Virus record (IMG/VR): IMGVR_UViG_3300045988_123575
Coordinates: 1 to 37,423 of that record
Strand: one strand, 5' to 3'
Origin: a virus
Length of the DNA: 37,423 nt
This document shows positions 34,168 to 37,423 of this stretch, piece after piece. The stretch's first letter is position 1, and the number at the start of each line of letters is the position of its first letter. The translations under genes and the position numbers were made by a program. The notes below the pieces were generated by a model. That model saw nothing but the letters and a program-made list of their open reading frames with translations. It was not told the DNA's origin and searched no databases.

Positions 34168-34486
34168 AGCCAGTGATTTTCACGAGCGCCGGATGTTGAT
34201 TACGAAAGTGGACTATAAAGTAATCTTCAATTCGCTAGCCACTAGTGCTCTAGAACAGGGAGGTAGTTGGCTAGAAATAGCAAAAGATGAAGAAAATAAC
34301 CTGTACATCAAGGTACACTCTAAATTTCACGATGATTTTTTCAAATTGAATCGGAGTGGAAGTAGTTTTTACCTAGGTAAATTTAATCCGATCTATCTAA
34401 ATTTCGAGCCAAAGGATAAAATCGTAATAGGAGAACCGGACGAAAATGGATTCCGAAAGCTTACAAGATTGGATGAAAATGCCTAG
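34148..34486 (+). CDS. Hypothetical protein (112 aa)
   Basis: Intact ORF that ends in TAG. Confidence 0.55.
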   Translation: MKLNRIKASDFHERRMLITKVDYKVIFNSLATSALEQGGSWLEIAKDEENNLYIKVHSKFHDDFFKLNRSGSSFYLGKFNPIYLNFEPKDKIVIGEPDENGFRKLTRLDENA

Positions 34487-34517
34487 TTTGTCTCAAAAAT
34501 TCCCGGGGTGAGACAAA
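34487..34517 (+). promoter_or_regulatory. Stem-loop (8-9 bp stem: tttgtctc ... gagacaaa) with no U-tract
   Basis: A perfect inverted repeat immediately after the TAG stop. Its role is unknown. Confidence 0.3.
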
Positions 34518-34550
34518 AATAAACCCTGCGAATAGTACAATATTGGAAAA

Positions 34551-34853
34551 ATGAAGAAAAAGAACTTACACAGCTTAGTGGTTAGATTCGATAAAGAAAT
34601 CAACCCAGTAACATTAAAGCAAAAAATTTGGGAAGCGGTACGCGGAGGATGGGGAGAAATTAATATCTTTATCGATGGCTACCCGGAACAAAAGTTTACC
34701 TCTCTCCGGTTAAAGGTGATTGAGGATATGATTGAAGAAATGGCCATTAAATCGGCCGACAAAATAAATCAGAAGTTGAAAAATGACACCGAAGGTTTTG
34801 GAGCGGATAAAACAGATAATCCGGGAAGAACATTCTCACGGCCGGAATGCTGA
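34551..34853 (+). CDS. Hypothetical protein (100 aa); the C-terminal ~23 codons overlap the next ORF and read poorly
   Basis: ORF from the track. See the finding on the possible +1 junction at the A5 run, 34780-34784. Confidence 0.5.
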   Translation: MKKKNLHSLVVRFDKEINPVTLKQKIWEAVRGGWGEINIFIDGYPEQKFTSLRLKVIEDMIEEMAIKSADKINQKLKNDTEGFGADKTDNPGRTFSRPEC

Positions 34854-34965
34854 CGAAATAACGAAATGTATACTGATTGTATTTTGCCCCGGAGAACTGC
34901 CGCAGTGGAACGCCCGGGGTAAAATAAAAAAAATAGTCGTCGAAGAACTGAGTAAAATGCAATGA
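34783..34965 (+). CDS. Hypothetical protein (60 aa), or the C-terminal part of 34551 through a +1 shift
   Basis: The ATG at 34783 sits immediately after an A5 run. Its stop falls 1 nt before the amidase ATG at 34967. Confidence 0.45.
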   Translation: MTPKVLERIKQIIREEHSHGRNADEITKCILIVFCPGELPQWNARGKIKKIVVEELSKMQ

Positions 34966-34966
34966 T

Positions 34967-35413
34967 ATGGAAGTAAAGTATATTGCAATACATTGTAGCG
35001 CCACCAAAGAAGGCAAAGATTATCACGCAGCCGATATAGATAAATGGCACCGGGAACGGGGATTTAAAAAGATCGGCTATCATTACGTTATAACGCTAGA
35101 CGGCATTATCGAGCAGGGGAGAAAACTGGATGAAGTTGGAGCGCATGTACAAGGGTATAACAGCGTTTCCCTTGGTGTATGCTATATTGGTGGCCTAGAC
35201 GAAAATGGAAAGCCTAAAGATACCCGTACGGAGGCACAGAAGCAAACCTTAATAGATTTGCTTACTATCCTTAGAGGAGAATACCCTGACGCTATTATTC
35301 AGGGGCATCGTGACTTTTCACCGGATGTTAACGGAGACGGTATTATAACGCCGGATGAATTTATAAAAGATTGTCCCTGCTTCGATGCAAAAAAAGAATA
35401 CGCCAAAATTTAA
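34967..35413 (+). CDS. N-acetylmuramoyl-L-alanine amidase (Amidase_2 / T7-lysozyme-like endolysin) with an EF-hand-like insertion
   Basis: 'IAIHCSAT', 'GYHYVI', 'QGHRDF' and 'CPCFD' match the Zn-ligand and catalytic pattern of Amidase_2. 'DVNGDGIITPDE' is inserted between the His and Cys ligands. Confidence 0.85.
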   Translation: MEVKYIAIHCSATKEGKDYHAADIDKWHRERGFKKIGYHYVITLDGIIEQGRKLDEVGAHVQGYNSVSLGVCYIGGLDENGKPKDTRTEAQKQTLIDLLTILRGEYPDAIIQGHRDFSPDVNGDGIITPDEFIKDCPCFDAKKEYAKI

Positions 35414-35494
35414 AAAAAAACCTCAAAACGCTTGTTTCATTCAAAAAAACAATATCTATATTTGCATCGTTGAACAATAAAAATAGAAGTCATG
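35403..35494 (+). promoter_or_regulatory. Degenerate promoter cassette copy E (-7 TAtaTTTG at 35447-35454, ATG at 35492)
   Basis: It shares 'aaaaaaaacctcaaaacg' and 'gttgaacaataaaaa..gaagtcATGgaa' with the main cassette. The -33 is degenerate. Confidence 0.6.
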
Positions 35495-35896
35495 GAAGAA
35501 AAAGAACAAAGATTTAAAGAATTTAAAGCAAGGGTTTTGGAGGCCGCTCATGAAGCAAAGGCATGCATTCTGTCTTACCGGGATGCGTATAACACTGAAA
35601 GATTCGAGAATTTATGCGATGTGATAAAAGATAATTTTTGGTGGTGCTGTAGAAGGGGTGTCGTAATAGCGATAGACTCTGCCATCGTGAAAGCGCACGG
35701 ATGGTCGAGCGTGTACGCGTTCGAATTGTCGACTGTAATAGGTTATGGATCGGTCGTAATAGAGGCTTACGGGCAGTCTACTGTAAAATGCAGCATTGAA
35801 ACCACGTGTAACGTATATGATGATGCAATTGTTTATCGGTGGGATGAAAAATTCATAGAAACCGTATCCCCGGATATTGAGTTATCAAGAAATTAA
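35492..35896 (+). CDS. Hypothetical protein (134 aa), paralogue of 30200-30835
   Basis: It shares the 'LCDVIKDNFWWCC' N-domain and the repetitive strand region. Confidence 0.65.
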   Translation: MEEKEQRFKEFKARVLEAAHEAKACILSYRDAYNTERFENLCDVIKDNFWWCCRRGVVIAIDSAIVKAHGWSSVYAFELSTVIGYGSVVIEAYGQSTVKCSIETTCNVYDDAIVYRWDEKFIETVSPDIELSRN

Positions 35897-37325
35897 TACT
35901 GTGAAGCTTGCATTAAATTTTACATCTGATAATCAGCGAAAAGCTTTTGAGGTAGCATTGTCCGGCGTATACCGGACTTTGTTAATTCAAGGGGGAAGCG
36001 GTTCCGGGAAAACATATATTTCCCACATAATCGCTTTAATGCGGGCTTTGCAATATGAGAACAGCGAACATTTTTTAATCAAGACGGATTTAAAAGTTAT
36101 CCGGTCGAGTTTTGAAAAGAGTGTATTAAAACTACTCCGGCAGAATAATGTACCGGAAAGCAAGTATAAGCGCCGGATGACGGGCCTATATTACTACGAC
36201 GATTCGAAAAGTACATTAACCCTGCGGAACGGTAGTAAAATTTATCTCCGGGCCGTTAAATCGTCAAGTCCAAAAAACGAAACCGATTCTGATCTTTTGG
36301 GTATGGAGGGAGAAACCATTTATGTGGACGAAGCTACTACCCTAAAATACGACTGGTACGAATTTTTCGAAACAAGATGCCGATCCGCCGTGGGATGTCC
36401 ACCGTTATTGCTTCTTACCGAAAATCCGGACCCTCGCGCATGGAGTTACCAGTATTTTAATAAACGTGTGCATCCTATAACCTTAGAGCCTCTCCCGGAG
36501 GTTCAGAAAAAAAAATCTACCTGTTTGCGTATCGAGGCATGGGATAACGTATTGCAGGATGAAACCTATTTGGAAATCCTAAAAAGTGGGGGAAACGCGA
36601 CCCGGTTTTACTTCGGTGTTGCCTCGGACGAAATCGATTATAACCAAATCTATCAATATGAAATTTCAGACTTTCCCATGAGGATGTTTAATATATACGC
36701 GATTGATCCCGGCTTTTCATCGCCGACTGGTGCCGTGCAAATCGGCTTCGGTGGCAACCATCAGATAAATGTTCGTGAACTATGTTACGATCGGGGAATG
36801 GGAAACGATAAGTATTTCGATTTAGTGGAAAAAATAATCGAACAACATCAGCGCTATTTATCCCAGCTTTTGGCCTTGCTTCCCTATGCGACCCGGGGGC
36901 AAGTAACACGTTTCCATCTCACCCCCTTTATAATCGTCGATTCAGCCCGTACCGACCTGATAAAAGACATCGACATACATTTCAACTACGAAACCACTAA
37001 GGAAGGCGCAGTTGTCCCAAAACGGACAAAAGTAGTAGAAGTGTTAGGAGCCAATAAAAGCGGCCCGAAGGAATTGTCGGTTAAAGCAGCTAAGAAATTA
37101 AAAATAATCGTCGACCCGCAATCTAAATTTTTCCTGAACGAAATAAGGAAATACTACTACCTCGAAGGCGAGCGACTGCCGGACGGCGATGACCACCTTT
37201 TGGATGCTACCCTTTACGGAATGCGGTATATACTGGAGGAGGTATTTGATAAAAACCGTAGAACCCTAATCTACGATCCTATCTATAAATTCATAGAGCA
37301 GACATTGCAGAATATAAAACCATGA
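35877..37325 (+). CDS. terL: Terminase large subunit
   Basis: Walker A 'GGSGSGKT', Walker B-like 'IYVDEA', and a C-terminal nuclease-like region containing 'AIDPG' and 'DGDDHLLDA'. The start is uncertain: TTG at 35877 or GTG at 35901, with no early ATG. Confidence 0.85.
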   Translation: MSYQEINTVKLALNFTSDNQRKAFEVALSGVYRTLLIQGGSGSGKTYISHIIALMRALQYENSEHFLIKTDLKVIRSSFEKSVLKLLRQNNVPESKYKRRMTGLYYYDDSKSTLTLRNGSKIYLRAVKSSSPKNETDSDLLGMEGETIYVDEATTLKYDWYEFFETRCRSAVGCPPLLLLTENPDPRAWSYQYFNKRVHPITLEPLPEVQKKKSTCLRIEAWDNVLQDETYLEILKSGGNATRFYFGVASDEIDYNQIYQYEISDFPMRMFNIYAIDPGFSSPTGAVQIGFGGNHQINVRELCYDRGMGNDKYFDLVEKIIEQHQRYLSQLLALLPYATRGQVTRFHLTPFIIVDSARTDLIKDIDIHFNYETTKEGAVVPKRTKVVEVLGANKSGPKELSVKAAKKLKIIVDPQSKFFLNEIRKYYYLEGERLPDGDDHLLDATLYGMRYILEEVFDKNRRTLIYDPIYKFIEQTLQNIKP

Positions 37326-37423
37326 TTTTTTTTGAAAAAAAACCTCAAAACGTTTGGTTAATTAAAAAATAGTGCTTACATTTGTAGTGTTGAAACAATA
37401 AAAACATTGAAGCCATGAAAAAT
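37326..37423 (+). promoter_or_regulatory. Promoter/leader cassette copy F, the same locus as copy A because of the terminal overlap of a circular assembly
   Basis: 98 nt identical to 1-98. The terL TGA stop abuts the T8 run. Confidence 0.8.

Noticed and set aside
1-37423. Genome-wide TAG reassignment (a code-15-like genetic code).
   Set aside because: Six ORFs end in TAG in normal gene-boundary contexts (for example 4566-4568 overlaps the next start, and 23963-23965 is 4 nt before the next ATG). None of the large structural genes contains a TAG. Only local readthrough, suppression or pseudogenisation remains plausible.
1-37423. tRNA genes, CRISPR arrays, integrase or att sites, a DGR reverse transcriptase, and toxin-antitoxin pairs.
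   Set aside because: The intergenic gaps are too short for a tRNA or are fully explained by promoter cassettes and terminators. There are no spacer-repeat arrays. No ORF shows tyrosine- or serine-recombinase or RT motifs by eye. The fibre repeats are not accompanied by a template repeat.

Overview
The window looks like a complete, circularly closed tailed dsDNA phage genome. Positions 1-98 are identical to 37326-37423, giving a unit length of about 37,325 bp. Every credible gene is on the + strand and the genes are tightly packed, often with ATGA or TAATG overlaps.

The regulatory signals point to a Bacteroidota host. They match the -33 TTTG / -7 TAnnTTTG promoter pattern, with AT-rich leaders that lack a Shine-Dalgarno sequence.

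Gene modules I can recognise:
- 90-3014: small early genes, an ASCH-domain protein and a C5-methyltransferase-like protein.
- 3323-25477: a long structural and lysis block. It holds two large tail or baseplate proteins, a 1773-aa tape-measure protein, a decapeptide-repeat tail fibre, a ClpP-like prohead protease, the major capsid protein, the portal, a duplicated structural gene in short and long forms, and a holin-like membrane protein.
- 25625-33669: an early, recombination and accessory block with NinG/Rap, ERF, a YqaJ-type exonuclease and a DUF1367-like protein.
- 33682-37325: terS, an Amidase_2 endolysin and terL.

I found no tRNA, rRNA, CRISPR array, integrase, repressor or replicative polymerase, primase or helicase.

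The most unusual observations:
1. A family of about seven cassettes of roughly 95 nt (terminator, promoter, leader, ATGAAAA) divides the genome into modules. Three copies are 98-nt exact.
2. Several small accessory genes carry in-frame stops (two TAG, one TAA) or frameshifts, although TAG also appears to act as an ordinary terminator elsewhere.
3. A structural gene is duplicated either side of the portal, once short and once with a C-terminal extension. The long copy is preceded by a 3 x 23-bp tandem repeat.

All functional calls come from reading motifs by eye. No database searches were run.
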